Shown: positions 8,890-18,527, counted from the stretch's first letter. The stretch: 64,000 bases of DNA from a virus (IMGVR_UViG_2681813421_000002:22586-86585), one strand, 5' to 3'. Numbers and translations: made by a program. The notes: a model not told the origin generated them from the letters alone.

Positions 8890-9513
8890 ATGAAGGACGG
8901 TGTAGTGAAGTTAAGGGTTTTAGGGACCGCGCTCGCGGCTATGTTGGGATGCGTATCTGTTAATACAGCCAATGCAACTGCGTTACCTGCACAATTCAGG
9001 GCAGGGCAGCAGGTTATGAATAACGCTGGTGGGGATCATTCACAAGCGGCAATTATGGACTTTTGCAAGAGAGAGGGCATTCCATTACGGCCTGTTGGAA
9101 CTCAGTTTATTGGTAAAACTGACTTTTGCGTTTTTGCATATACAGCATATCTGACGGACAAAGCTATAACAAAAACAGGTTATTCAACCAAAGATACTCT
9201 TTCCAGATTAAGTCAGGGATGGCAGCAATTCGAAGTGTATCGCCAGCAAGGATTAGGTGAGTTATTACAACCACTTTTTATGCTTGCGTTGGTGCCCGAG
9301 GGGCAGCAATTTTTGGTTAAAAAGGGAATGCTTCGCCAAAGTGATATTGCCGGGTTCGATAGCATGATGGCTTATGAGCGCAAACTAACCGAGCAGCGAA
9401 ATAAAAAACCATCTGCTTCATGTGTGCAAAGTAAAACAGCAGAATACAGTGCAGTAGCCGGGCCTTTAGCCAAACAAATGGCAGAGCAATGGTGTAAAAA
9501 ATACGGGCAATAA
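8890..9513 (+). CDS. Secreted protein with N-terminal signal peptide
   Basis: 207 aa; LRVLGTALAAMLGCVSVNTANA signal-like N-terminus. Confidence 0.5.
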   Translation: MKDGVVKLRVLGTALAAMLGCVSVNTANATALPAQFRAGQQVMNNAGGDHSQAAIMDFCKREGIPLRPVGTQFIGKTDFCVFAYTAYLTDKAITKTGYSTKDTLSRLSQGWQQFEVYRQQGLGELLQPLFMLALVPEGQQFLVKKGMLRQSDIAGFDSMMAYERKLTEQRNKKPSASCVQSKTAEYSAVAGPLAKQMAEQWCKKYGQ

Positions 9514-9533
9514 GTTACGCAGCGGAGGCAGAA

Positions 9534-9926
9534 TTGAAAAGATTGGCTATTGCTTTACTGGCGTCTTTCCCTTTGATCGCGAGCGCCGGAAATTTACAAG
9601 TTAAGTGCGGTCGGTTTGATATAAAAATCTATCCAGATGCCATATTTCTGAATGGGAATAAGGTTGATAACGCACACCGAAAAACTGAATCTGACGTAAT
9701 GAGCTATGTGTTCCAGGAGTATGCGGAGATGGGGGGAACTTACACGCTGTACTCGCTGGATGTTCCTTCTCGCGGTGATATGACATTATCCCATCAATGG
9801 CAGAACGCCGATGGCGAAGCTCTGCGCGAGGTTAAAACAGAAAAATGTGGCACTTTCCATTCTTTTAAAGGGAAAGCGCCAAATGTTAAATCTGTGCTTG
9901 AAAAACAGCGCGCAGGTGAGCTTTAA
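9534..9926 (+). CDS. Secreted/periplasmic small protein with signal peptide
   Basis: 130 aa; MKRLAIALLASFPLIASAGNLQ signal peptide. Confidence 0.5.
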   Translation: MKRLAIALLASFPLIASAGNLQVKCGRFDIKIYPDAIFLNGNKVDNAHRKTESDVMSYVFQEYAEMGGTYTLYSLDVPSRGDMTLSHQWQNADGEALREVKTEKCGTFHSFKGKAPNVKSVLEKQRAGEL

Positions 9927-10234
9927 ACACCTTTAACCACGGAGATGCCGTTTCCTGCACGATAGCGGCGGGGAACGGAATTCTCCATCAGGTCACGAAT
10001 TACTCCCGCCTCATGTAGTTCCTCTGTTTCCCAGTATCTGTTTGTCACCAGATCGAGGCTGGCTATGACCTTGTGCCGGTCATTCGGCATAGCCAATTTT
10101 TCTGCTATAACCATCAGTGAAAACTCTTCATCCAGTAGGATTTGATACCAGACTTTTGACAGTTCCAACTCTCTAATGAGGGTGAAGCGCCGCTCAAGTG
10201 TGGCGGCAGAATAAGTGAAATCTATTTTTTTCAT
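9923..10234 (-). CDS. Hypothetical protein downstream of antirepressor gene
   Basis: 103 aa ORF co-oriented with the ant-like gene. Confidence 0.4.
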   Translation of the reverse strand: MKKIDFTYSAATLERRFTLIRELELSKVWYQILLDEEFSLMVIAEKLAMPNDRHKVIASLDLVTNRYWETEELHEAGVIRDLMENSVPRRYRAGNGISVVKGV

Positions 10235-10293
10235 CGTGCGGATAATCCGATTATTTGGCAGTTAAATCCCCGGCGTCGCCGGGGATGCAGCAT

Positions 10294-11235
10294 TTAACTA
10301 ACAATCCAGTCCATAGCAATAACATCCTCTGGAGCTAAATCAATAGCATGGATTTTCCCGTCACGGATGGTGCGCCAGTGCTTTCGTGATCCACCTTCGG
10401 GCCACACCCATATACCTTCAGGCCAGGAAGAACGACGACACACTGTTGCGTATCCAGTCCTGATCTTCTCTCTGACGGTATGTAGTGACAGATTATCCTT
10501 TGGGCTTTCAGGCACAGGATGGTGGATTGCCTGAAACATCCCCATCTTTGGATGATACCAGCGTTTATTGCGTGGTTCTGCCTCCGACATCACCTGCTTA
10601 AAGGCTTTCCGGAAGGGGGCCAGGGCCACAATGGAGCGTCGCGCAAGCAAACCATCTGGAGTTAAAAACTCATGCGTATCGGTGGGAATCCGGAAAGCGT
10701 TAACCAGGTTGCGACATTTGGCTTCAGTCAGGCCACATTTCGCCGCCAGCTGGCGGTAGCCAATGTAGCCTTCCGGAATATTGCCTTTCTTTATTTGCTC
10801 GAGTGTTTCAGCGACCATCGATACTTGTGCTGATACCTCGGCTACCTGGGCATTTACGGCGTTGATCCGGCGTTCATGCTCAAGATGCATTTGCGCCATT
10901 TCAGCCAGGATTTCGGCTTTTGATTTTAACTGTACCCGGGCATTCTCCAGTTCGCGCCAGCGGTCCACCAGCCGGGCGGTGAATTCCGGAGAGAGCTGCG
11001 CGACGACAATGATGCTGTCTCGTTTTCCTTGTTCGCCTTCAAATATGTAAGCCTTGGAAAATCGACGAGGGCCAACTGATTGTTTATTTTCAATTTCCAC
11101 AGATTGTGGAAATTGGATCACACTCTTTTTAGCCAGTGTTTCGATAGTTCTCTTCACACTATCTTGGCGACTTCCTACCAGTTCCGCGATCTCAATGCTG
11201 GTCATTGTCGCTTTTTGAGAGATGGACAGATTCAT
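10294..11235 (-). CDS. ant: Antirepressor-like protein (Rha-type N-terminal domain) with C-terminal DUF2829-like extension
   Basis: 313 aa; N-terminus MTSIEIAELVGSRQDSVKRTIETL (Rha/antirepressor family), paralog of 49975-50682; last ~65 aa (VCRRSSW...WVWPEGG...DVIAMDWIVS) resemble DUF2829. Confidence 0.6.
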   Translation of the reverse strand: MNLSISQKATMTSIEIAELVGSRQDSVKRTIETLAKKSVIQFPQSVEIENKQSVGPRRFSKAYIFEGEQGKRDSIIVVAQLSPEFTARLVDRWRELENARVQLKSKAEILAEMAQMHLEHERRINAVNAQVAEVSAQVSMVAETLEQIKKGNIPEGYIGYRQLAAKCGLTEAKCRNLVNAFRIPTDTHEFLTPDGLLARRSIVALAPFRKAFKQVMSEAEPRNKRWYHPKMGMFQAIHHPVPESPKDNLSLHTVREKIRTGYATVCRRSSWPEGIWVWPEGGSRKHWRTIRDGKIHAIDLAPEDVIAMDWIVS

Positions 11236-11450
11236 CAGTGCACCTCCACGCAGTTCATTGGCAGATTCCAGTAATTGAGGATCTCCATCGCATCAAGAGT
11301 GAAGCGTGCGGCAAAAATGCAGGGTTCTTCAGGAAGGTATGAACGAGCTTCTGCTTCGGTTGCAGCCATGACGCAGATATACAGGTGTTTTTGGCAGGAA
11401 TAGAAACGCCAGATAAATTCAGAATGAGTTGGGGTAGGGATAGTAGCCAT
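11235..11450 (-). CDS. icd: Icd-like (Ash family) small protein
   Basis: 71 aa; EFIWRF...KH...AATEAEAR motif as in P1 Icd-like proteins; sits between c4-like RNA region and ant, as in P1 immI. Confidence 0.5.
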   Translation of the reverse strand: MATIPTPTHSEFIWRFYSCQKHLYICVMAATEAEARSYLPEEPCIFAARFTLDAMEILNYWNLPMNCVEVH

Positions 11451-11454
11451 ATTG

Positions 11455-11700
11455 GCAGCCTCCTTTTGCTAATTTAAGGAGCTACCGCGTGAGGTTCCAA
11501 TCTCAATGGCGGTAGCACTGACTGGGTTGGAACTACCGGCGCAAAAGGGAACCGGCCTGCCTTTCGGCAGCCCAGCCAGCACTACCATTGATCTCTGAGC
11601 TAAACGCTACGTATGGCTGTGCGATGGCATGACACAAGAAAAGACGCTTTCGGCGTCTGTGTCGCCTTTTGCATTATCCGGGGTTCCAATCCCGGCACCC
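11455..11700 (-). ncRNA. c4: c4-like antisense RNA region (immI-type) with repeated target elements
   Basis: Two hairpins whose loops carry GGTTCCAATC (plus-strand reading, near 11490-11520 and 11678-11695) and an intervening complementary element GGTTGGAACTACC; layout matches P1 c4 with a1/b1 and a2/b2 sites ahead of icd. Confidence 0.4.
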
Positions 11701-11763
11701 GTTTTTCTAAGGTGCCGTAGAAATATACCCCACGATAATGCCAGGGCGCAACAGTCAGTATTT

Positions 11764-11930
11764 TATGCTTTGGCGGATTTCTTCCGGGCTTGCTTGCAGG
11801 CGTAGGCCATTGCTTTAGCTTTCACTTCATCCAGCTTCCCGGTAATCACTTCTTTTCCGAGAGTGACAAACCAGTCATAGCAACCGCCAGTAATGTTCTT
11901 GATTTGAAAGTTGAGGTAGCGAACAGTCAT
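11764..11930 (-). CDS. Small ORF (55 aa), translationally coupled to a 29-codon ORF upstream
   Basis: MTVRYLNFQIKNITGGCYDWFVTLGKEVITGK...; upstream ORF stop overlaps its ATG (ATGA). Confidence 0.25.
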
Positions 11931-12249
11931 TTTGACTCCCCCAGCGCGAATAAAGAATGCAGATTATCGCGTGAGTGGTGGACGACGAGTGATGGGAAAA
12001 GACTGTAGTTGTTCATAGTGTAGTGACTCCTTGCTTTCGGAGCCGCCATCGACTGTTCCACGGTCTGGTGGCGGCGCAATAAAGGCTGGAACACCGTGAG
12101 TCAACGGGGGCTTTTCAGCCACCTATATTGCACCGCCATAGGTATGGCGGGGGCAATAATACGAAAAACTAAACAGTTTGTCTCAAAAAGTTGACCGGTG
12201 TGCCAATCGGTAGTGAATGTACATCGGAGAAATTTACAATTCAACTTAA

Positions 12250-12269
12250 AATGTTAGAAAACTAATTTA
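12250..12269 (-). promoter_or_regulatory. Operator-like motif (AATTAGTTTTCTAACAT on minus strand)
   Basis: Member of dispersed operator family; lies at 3-prime end of ref-like gene, upstream of the small-ORF/c4-like region. Confidence 0.45.
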
Positions 12270-12840
12270 TTAATTCAATCGCCATCTGATACAACGCCAT
12301 TTCATCGGCATTGTGCCGTATGAAATCTGCTTTTCCGCCTATTTTTCCATCAGCATGAACAGGGACCAGCCAGGGATATTGTTCTCGGACCTCGGCTGGC
12401 GCTGCGTACTGGTGGTGCCATTTACACAAAGGGAGGACATATTTATGTGCGTTCTCTGCCGTTCTCCCGAAGATATGGTGCAGGGATACCACTGGGCTAT
12501 GTTGCCCGTGAATATGGCAGGCAATGCAGGGGAGAGTACCGATAGCGGTCTGTATCCGGCGTTCATCGGCTGTGAGTGATCTGCCCTTCAGGCCGCGTGA
12601 CGTGCGTGTTTTTTTGGGCGGAGCGGATACAGCTTTATCTTTTCTCCGCTGTTCATATTGCTTTGCTTTTTCAATTTTCTTTTGCCGATATTCAGGCGAT
12701 GCGGCTTTTTCTCTCGCTCGCTGCTGCTGGCGTTGAGCTTGTTGAAGGCGCTTTGCCCTTTGTTCCTCTCGCCAGGCTGGGTCAGCCAATTTTTGCATGG
12801 CTTTTTGTCTCTGTTTCTCCCAATAGCTCTGTTTCTGCAT
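12262..12840 (-). CDS. ref: Ref-like HNH-type endonuclease (recombination enhancement function)
   Basis: 192 aa; basic K/R/Q-rich N-terminus, RGLKGR, Cys/His cluster (CIACHIHGQHSPVVSLHHI...CKWHH) consistent with P1 Ref architecture. Confidence 0.55.
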   Translation of the reverse strand: MQKQSYWEKQRQKAMQKLADPAWREEQRAKRLQQAQRQQQRAREKAASPEYRQKKIEKAKQYEQRRKDKAVSAPPKKTRTSRGLKGRSLTADERRIQTAIGTLPCIACHIHGQHSPVVSLHHIFGRTAENAHKYVLPLCKWHHQYAAPAEVREQYPWLVPVHADGKIGGKADFIRHNADEMALYQMAIELIN

Positions 12841-12904
12841 GATGGCTGCCTCTTACTTTTCAGCTATTTTTCTATGATTGATCAAAACAGTTAGATATTC
12901 AAAA

Positions 12905-12922
12905 TTGATTTTCTAACACAAA
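12905..12922 (+). promoter_or_regulatory. Operator-like motif (TTGATTTTCTAACACAAA) in divergent promoter region
   Basis: Between ref-like start (12840) and plus-strand operon start (13113). Confidence 0.5.
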
Positions 12923-13112
12923 ACATTAATATCATTCCTGATAACTGTTTGGAGGACATGATGCTTATAGCTTTAAGTGCGATCCACCAGCCATCTGTGA
13001 ATGAGATTGGCCTGTTCTATGTGTTGTTTTTCGGGGCGTTGGCGCTACTTGAACTTGGTATTGAGCTTTTCGCAGTGCTTATGTTTTGCGTCACGATTTT
13101 GGGGAAATTTTG

Positions 13113-13724
13113 ATGGTGAAACGTGTTTTGAAAATTTACATCGCGGGGCCGATGACTGGTTATCCAGATTACAACCGTGCGGCGTTTAATGCGAAAGCGA
13201 GCGAGCTGATGGCTGAAGGGCATATCGTTCTGAATCCAGCGGTGTTACCTGGTGGCCTTTGCCAGAGTGAATACATGGATATTTGCCTGGCAATGGTGCG
13301 TTCTGCTGATGCGATTTATTTGCTCAATCGATGGGAAGAATCGGTTGGTGCTCGTGCAGAGCACGCGCTGGCTGAAAAGCTGGGGCTGACTGTAATTTAT
13401 GAGTCACCAACCAACATTGAATGCCAGGTTGCTCCGCATATTTACCGGGAACTGGTCAATGCACTGCGTGATATCGCTGCTGTATATCACGGCACAGAAC
13501 AGCTTCGTGAGCGTTTAGCCCATACCATTTCCTATTACCTTTCTTTATCTCATGAGCACAAGCTCCGCCAGAAGGTAATGATCAAATTTATCATGAGGTT
13601 ATCGAAATCCCTGGCAAACGCCGATCCAAAGAATCCATTACCGAAAGAGGCAATGAATTACCTGAAGTCCTGCAACGTTGTTTCTGAAGATGGCGTTCTT
13701 TTGGTTAGAAGGAGTTCTGCGTGA
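13113..13724 (+). CDS. Nucleoside 2-deoxyribosyltransferase-like/DUF4406-like protein
   Basis: Start chosen at MVKRVLKIYIAGPMTGYPDYNRAAFN (IYIAGPM.G motif); C-terminal region shares YRELVN.L.D.A....GT.QLRER motif with 21255-22661. Confidence 0.45.
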   Translation: MVKRVLKIYIAGPMTGYPDYNRAAFNAKASELMAEGHIVLNPAVLPGGLCQSEYMDICLAMVRSADAIYLLNRWEESVGARAEHALAEKLGLTVIYESPTNIECQVAPHIYRELVNALRDIAAVYHGTEQLRERLAHTISYYLSLSHEHKLRQKVMIKFIMRLSKSLANADPKNPLPKEAMNYLKSCNVVSEDGVLLVRRSSA

Positions 13725-14038
13725 GCTGGCGGGGATGGGGAAGGGCAGAAATCATGATACTCCGCCAGTGCGCCGGAACTATGACGGTCGAGAGTATTGG
13801 GAAGCTGATCGGTCGTACCGGTGATGCCGTCAGGACTAAAGCGCGGGAGTTGGGGATCAGCATGATTCTGAAAGGAGACTTTCATCCGTCAGTCAAATAC
13901 CGGCAGAGCGATATAGAACTGGCACGGCAGCTTCATCAGTGTGGTGTTCCCCGCCGTGAGATCGCGGAAAAACTCGAAATGCCCCTGGGCATGATTAATC
14001 AGTACGTTTATTTCGAAAGGAGAGTGTATGAAGTCTGA
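13721..14038 (+). CDS. Hypothetical protein
   Basis: 105 aa ORF overlapping neighbours. Confidence 0.4.
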   Translation: MSWRGWGRAEIMILRQCAGTMTVESIGKLIGRTGDAVRTKARELGISMILKGDFHPSVKYRQSDIELARQLHQCGVPRREIAEKLEMPLGMINQYVYFERRVYEV

Positions 14039-14531
14039 AGGTTTAACGCCCGCACAACTGGCAGAGCGTAACGCTGAGTATGTAACGGAAATTTCCCGAC
14101 TTGAGAAAGCGTGTGCTGCGCTGGCGGCGGAGAATGCACTTGCTCGTAAAGCAGTTCAGGCATTCTGCGATGTTGTTGGCGACAACACCGAGGTTATCTG
14201 CGAGGTGGCAGGGAGAGATGGCGTTCTGGTTATTTTGGAGGCCATGAAGGCAACAGGAAATATGCCAGTCACCGATGCTTTCCTGGCTGAAATTCGTGCG
14301 GAGGCTCGCAACGAGGGGATTAACTATACCGCAAGCCGTCTTGCTGCTGCTTTCAACCACGGATTTATCAATAAGTCTTTACGTGAAGTTTTCGACGTTA
14401 CGCGCATGATTCTGTCAGCGAAAGAAGAGTTGGCTAATGAACCGCACCCGATTGATGGCCTGTCCGGTGAATATGCGGAGAAATCCCTTGAAGAATGGGC
14501 GGAACAGATTCGCAAAGGAGCTGACAAGTGA
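14028..14531 (+). CDS. Ead/Ea22-like protein
   Basis: 167 aa; paralogous to 18811-19449 over a near-identical ~180 bp DNA block. Confidence 0.5.
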   Translation: MKSEGLTPAQLAERNAEYVTEISRLEKACAALAAENALARKAVQAFCDVVGDNTEVICEVAGRDGVLVILEAMKATGNMPVTDAFLAEIRAEARNEGINYTASRLAAAFNHGFINKSLREVFDVTRMILSAKEELANEPHPIDGLSGEYAEKSLEEWAEQIRKGADK

Positions 14532-14938
14532 AGAGGATGATTTTTGTGGCGGCATTGCTGACCATTACCCAACAGGCGCAGGCTTCAGCAGTTATTGTGG
14601 CATCTACCGCCGCGACCACGGCTGCTGTAGCTGCTGCGAACTCTGCGAATATCGCAAACCAACAGTCACAGCGTGCTGCCAATGCATCAGCTAGTGTTCA
14701 CCCAATCGCCATTAAGACCGGCAAGAAAAATATAGGTTTCATAACATGCGGCAAACGTTCTGACGAGGCTGTAGGTTCACTTGGATGTACGGTATATGGG
14801 GATAGTGAGAGTAGAGAAATTCCATGGAAAACGTGGCCCGGATACGTTCTCGGCTCGAAGCTTCCTGCCAGCTATGAAGTAAACGCCGTATCGTTTGATC
14901 ACTATAACGGTGTGGCAACTGTCTATTTTGCATATTGA
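14528..14938 (+). CDS. Secreted protein with signal peptide
   Basis: 136 aa; MKRMIFVAALLTITQQAQA signal peptide, Ala/Thr-rich linker. Confidence 0.45.
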   Translation: MKRMIFVAALLTITQQAQASAVIVASTAATTAAVAAANSANIANQQSQRAANASASVHPIAIKTGKKNIGFITCGKRSDEAVGSLGCTVYGDSESREIPWKTWPGYVLGSKLPASYEVNAVSFDHYNGVATVYFAY

Positions 14939-15699
14939 GGCTCCGCATGAAATTCTCCAAATTTTCTGAGTTGGTGAATCGTATTTTGTCCAATAACCAC
15001 AGCCATCGTCGCGATATGGATGTAACGATCGTTGTTCATTCGCCTGGCAGCATTGGTTCAACACCCTCAGTTGAGGTTCAGTCAATTCACGCTGGTTTTG
15101 ATTGGGATTCCGGGAAAGTGCTGATTTTCCCAGCACAGCCACTGACCACGCTAACACCAGAACAGATTACTGATATTACTGATAGTGTGCGCAAAGGTCA
15201 GTCCTGGCACGCATATCAGGAATACAAGAAGCATAAAGAGCAGTTGGAAAAATTATCGATTGAACTTGATGCCGCAAAACAGCGCATTGCAGAGCTGGAG
15301 GGTAATCGCGCGGCGCTGGCGGCGGAGAATGCAGGGCTGAATAAATTTATCGCACAGAGTTGCTACGTGTTTGATGGCGAGCAGGATGAAATATCTGATG
15401 CGTATATCTGCGCAACAGATGGAGGGATGCCGCAAACACCAGCCACCGATGCTTTTCTGGCTGAAGTGAAGACTGAAGCACGCAAGGAGGGCGCTTACTT
15501 TGTGGCGAACAGAATGCTGGCTGCCTGGGAAGCTGGTTTTATTGATGATACTGCGAAGAACGCCGCGGATATTGCCCGGATGATTCTTACCTCTACTGAG
15601 TTTATGGCTAATGCGCCGGAAGGCGATTTTGACCGCTCATTCTCTGATGGCGTTCTCGAAGATATCGCCGCCCAGCTTGGAAAAGGAGGCAAACAGTGA
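14935..15699 (+). CDS. Ead/Ea22-like protein
   Basis: 254 aa; coiled-coil centre and C-terminus ending QLGKGGKQ, as in 18811-19449. Confidence 0.5.
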   Translation: MRLRMKFSKFSELVNRILSNNHSHRRDMDVTIVVHSPGSIGSTPSVEVQSIHAGFDWDSGKVLIFPAQPLTTLTPEQITDITDSVRKGQSWHAYQEYKKHKEQLEKLSIELDAAKQRIAELEGNRAALAAENAGLNKFIAQSCYVFDGEQDEISDAYICATDGGMPQTPATDAFLAEVKTEARKEGAYFVANRMLAAWEAGFIDDTAKNAADIARMILTSTEFMANAPEGDFDRSFSDGVLEDIAAQLGKGGKQ

Positions 15700-15944
15700 G
15701 CAATTCAGCACGACTACAGCTTGGTTTTTCACCGCTATCAAAAACAATCGTGTTGGCAAAAATGCGTGACTTAGGGGATGGAACAAAACGTCGTGTCGGC
15801 AATGATCGCGGTCGCGATGTAACCAACGAGGCCGCACAACTCGTTTGGCATCTAGTCATGGCTGAAGGCGGTGAAATTAATTGGGAGCTGGATGATGGTT
15901 CTCGCATGGTATTAAAGGCAGAAAAGCAGGAGCCACCACAGTGA
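15696..15944 (+). CDS. Hypothetical protein
   Basis: 82 aa ORF in overlapping series. Confidence 0.35.
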   Translation: MSNSARLQLGFSPLSKTIVLAKMRDLGDGTKRRVGNDRGRDVTNEAAQLVWHLVMAEGGEINWELDDGSRMVLKAEKQEPPQ

Positions 15945-16234
15945 ATATCGACACCACGATAACGATTGATACGGCCCTAAATACCGGTCTGGCACTTCTC
16001 GGTTGGCTTTACATCATGTCCAGTACATGGCGATGGCTGGGTTCCATTTTCCTGAAACAGTGGAAAAAACGGCGCAAACAGGAATTACGCCAGAAGGCAT
16101 TAGAAGCGTTCTATGACGCATTTGAACTTAGCCGCATTGAACCAGGCACAACAGCCAGGATAGCGACAAAAGGCGACCTGATGATAGTGATGTTCCGACA
16201 GGAGAAAGCAAATGGCAGCAAAGCGAATGACTAA
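15941..16234 (+). CDS. Hypothetical small membrane protein
   Basis: 97 aa; hydrophobic stretch LALLGWLYIMSS. Confidence 0.35.
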   Translation: MNIDTTITIDTALNTGLALLGWLYIMSSTWRWLGSIFLKQWKKRRKQELRQKALEAFYDAFELSRIEPGTTARIATKGDLMIVMFRQEKANGSKAND

Positions 16235-16436
16235 TCGCGAACTTGTTGATGCCGCGATTGAACTTGCTGGCGATTTTTATTCCATGATGGGGTACACGCA
16301 TCGCCCAGGCTTCAAATATTGGGAGTCTCCGCACCCGCAAGAGCAACGGGTATTTCAAATGGCCTGTCGCGCTTTTGAAGTTATTCGCGGTTCTGATGTG
16401 ATGGACGCGGTTGCTGATTTGGAGGATGAAGAGTGA
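16212..16436 (+). CDS. Hypothetical protein
   Basis: 74 aa ORF. Confidence 0.35.
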   Translation: MAAKRMTNRELVDAAIELAGDFYSMMGYTHRPGFKYWESPHPQEQRVFQMACRAFEVIRGSDVMDAVADLEDEE

Positions 16437-16744
16437 ACACAATTAAAGAAATGCCGGTAGAACGTGATGAATATGGCTGCTGGACACATCCGGAGTATGA
16501 AAAGTTTTGCGCAGGTCGTGAATATATATCCACTGAGGAATTTGACGCCTGGATGAAGGAAAATAATCTTCAGTGGACTATTCGCAGTATGGATGAAGAT
16601 GATTTTGGTCTGGACGCAGCTGGTCCCGATATTGCCGCCTGGGAACCGGAGCGACCAGAGGGTGAAGGCTGGTTTGTTGGCTCTATTCATGACACTGAAG
16701 ATGGTCCAGTTTGTATCTGGCTGCGGGAGAAGGTTGCCGCATGA
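16433..16744 (+). CDS. Hypothetical protein
   Basis: 103 aa acidic protein. Confidence 0.4.
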   Translation: MNTIKEMPVERDEYGCWTHPEYEKFCAGREYISTEEFDAWMKENNLQWTIRSMDEDDFGLDAAGPDIAAWEPERPEGEGWFVGSIHDTEDGPVCIWLREKVAA

Positions 16745-17433
16745 TCCAGGCTATGCATGAAATGAATTTATATAGCCGTATTGATGGTTCTGGCTACAGA
16801 AACATATGGGTTGTTGGTGATCTGCATGGTTGCTACACCAGACTGATGTCCGAACTCCATCGTGTGGATTTTGACCCGACGCAGGATTTACTGATATCGG
16901 TTGGCGACCTTATCGATCGCGGTACTGAAAATGTCGAATGTCTGGAACTATTGCAGATGCCCTGGTTCAGGGCAGTAATGGGGAACCATGAGCGGTTGAT
17001 GCTTGATGCGTTAAGTCCTGATGGCAACGTGAATAACTGGCTAATGAATGGCGGACAATGGTTCTTCATGCTGGACACTGATCAGGAAATATTAGCCAAG
17101 GCGCTGGTGGAGCTGGTAAAGCGTCTGCCATATATCATTGAGTTGAACACCGGGCATGAAACTATCGTTATAGCCCATGCCGACTATCCAGGTGGAGAGT
17201 ACCAGTTCGGTAAGGATGTGTCGCTTTTTGATGTTGTCTGGTCGCGCAGTCGCGTCGGTGATTCGATAGATGGCATTGGTGGAGAAATCACAGGCGCAGA
17301 TCGCTTTATCTTTGGGCACACACCGGTACGAAGACCAAAAGCATACTGGAATCAGCACTACATAGACACGGGCGCGGTTTTTTGCGGAAATCTGACGCTA
17401 ATGCAGGTGAAGGGAGGGCAGCTTAAAGTCTGA
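16741..17433 (+). CDS. Ser/Thr protein phosphatase (metallophosphoesterase, lambda-phosphatase type)
   Basis: Motifs GDLHG, GDLIDRG, GNHE and downstream His residues; start taken at MIQAMHEM. Confidence 0.75.
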   Translation: MIQAMHEMNLYSRIDGSGYRNIWVVGDLHGCYTRLMSELHRVDFDPTQDLLISVGDLIDRGTENVECLELLQMPWFRAVMGNHERLMLDALSPDGNVNNWLMNGGQWFFMLDTDQEILAKALVELVKRLPYIIELNTGHETIVIAHADYPGGEYQFGKDVSLFDVVWSRSRVGDSIDGIGGEITGADRFIFGHTPVRRPKAYWNQHYIDTGAVFCGNLTLMQVKGGQLKV

Positions 17434-17473
17434 TCAAATCATTTACGCACTCAAAATCACATTAGAACATTGA

Positions 17474-17493
17474 TTTTAGTTTTCTAACATATT
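17474..17493 (+). promoter_or_regulatory. Operator-like motif (TTTTAGTTTTCTAACATATT)
   Basis: About 40 bp upstream of 17532 start. Confidence 0.5.
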
Positions 17494-17531
17494 ATTTTAC
17501 CGATCGGAACAAAACAGAGTCGGTATGCATT

Positions 17532-18527
17532 ATGAGTGCAATAATCACCCCATATGTCGTAAATGAAACTGGTGTGGCTGTCTTTCCTGTAGATAAGCCC
17601 ACCAGCAATTACATCGGCGCAGGACGCCGTTTTCTTATATCCCCATTGCCGCGTGAACAGGCTGAAAACACCCCTGATGGTGTCGTTGACCTGAATTATT
17701 CACTGGTTGCCAACCAGTCACTGGCACCCTTTTTTCAAAGTGAGCGCGTATTTAACGCGTTAGGTGGTGAGGATTCTCTCGTTCACTGGGTTAGCACCAA
17801 CATTCACGATTGCCAGGCGCATGATAAGCGCGATTGCAGCCACCAGCTAACCACCCATTTCTATAACGGTTCTGCCGTTCGCCTGTGCTGGAAGCATGAT
17901 GCGGAATACATGATGAAGGGATACGGCAAGCTGGAAGACCAACTGTCACTGAATCGCGCCAACTGGATTATGAACTGGGCTGCCAGCGAGTTAAAACTTC
18001 CGCCAGATCGCGATCTGAGCATGGTTGAACTCACCTTTTGGGCCATTCGCCGGAATCTTAAAGACGAACTGCCTGATGAAGCTGGTCGCATTGCATTTTG
18101 TCAGCCAAAAACTGAAATCCCTACCGGTACGCTGAAAGAATCAGATATCACTTGGGAGCACAGTACCCGCGAGCTGGTGGACATAACCGCAGAGCAGATC
18201 GTCAACCTGTCTGTAGATGAGGATTCCGGCCTGCTTTATATGCGCCGACCAAAAGCGGTCCTCGGTAAAAGCCCGGCTTATCTCCGGTTTGTGGTTTCTC
18301 GTCCGTGCATCGGATGCGGTGGCAAAGTTAACCACCCGTTCATGTACCGCGCCCGCTCGTTAAACGAACACGACCGCTGGGCTGTTCCTCTTTGCGATGA
18401 CTGCGCCAGAAGCGCAGAAAACGATGTCCGGGCATGGGAAAAAGCACATGGCATACGCCTTTACGTAGCCGCTAACCAGCTTTTTGACTTCGCCATCGAG
18501 CGCGGAGTAATCACGTTTAATAACTGA
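17532..18527 (+). CDS. Hypothetical protein with C-terminal Cys cluster (possible zinc ribbon)
   Basis: 331 aa; CIGCGG...CDDC near C-terminus; operator-like motif in its promoter. Confidence 0.5.
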   Translation: MSAIITPYVVNETGVAVFPVDKPTSNYIGAGRRFLISPLPREQAENTPDGVVDLNYSLVANQSLAPFFQSERVFNALGGEDSLVHWVSTNIHDCQAHDKRDCSHQLTTHFYNGSAVRLCWKHDAEYMMKGYGKLEDQLSLNRANWIMNWAASELKLPPDRDLSMVELTFWAIRRNLKDELPDEAGRIAFCQPKTEIPTGTLKESDITWEHSTRELVDITAEQIVNLSVDEDSGLLYMRRPKAVLGKSPAYLRFVVSRPCIGCGGKVNHPFMYRARSLNEHDRWAVPLCDDCARSAENDVRAWEKAHGIRLYVAANQLFDFAIERGVITFNN

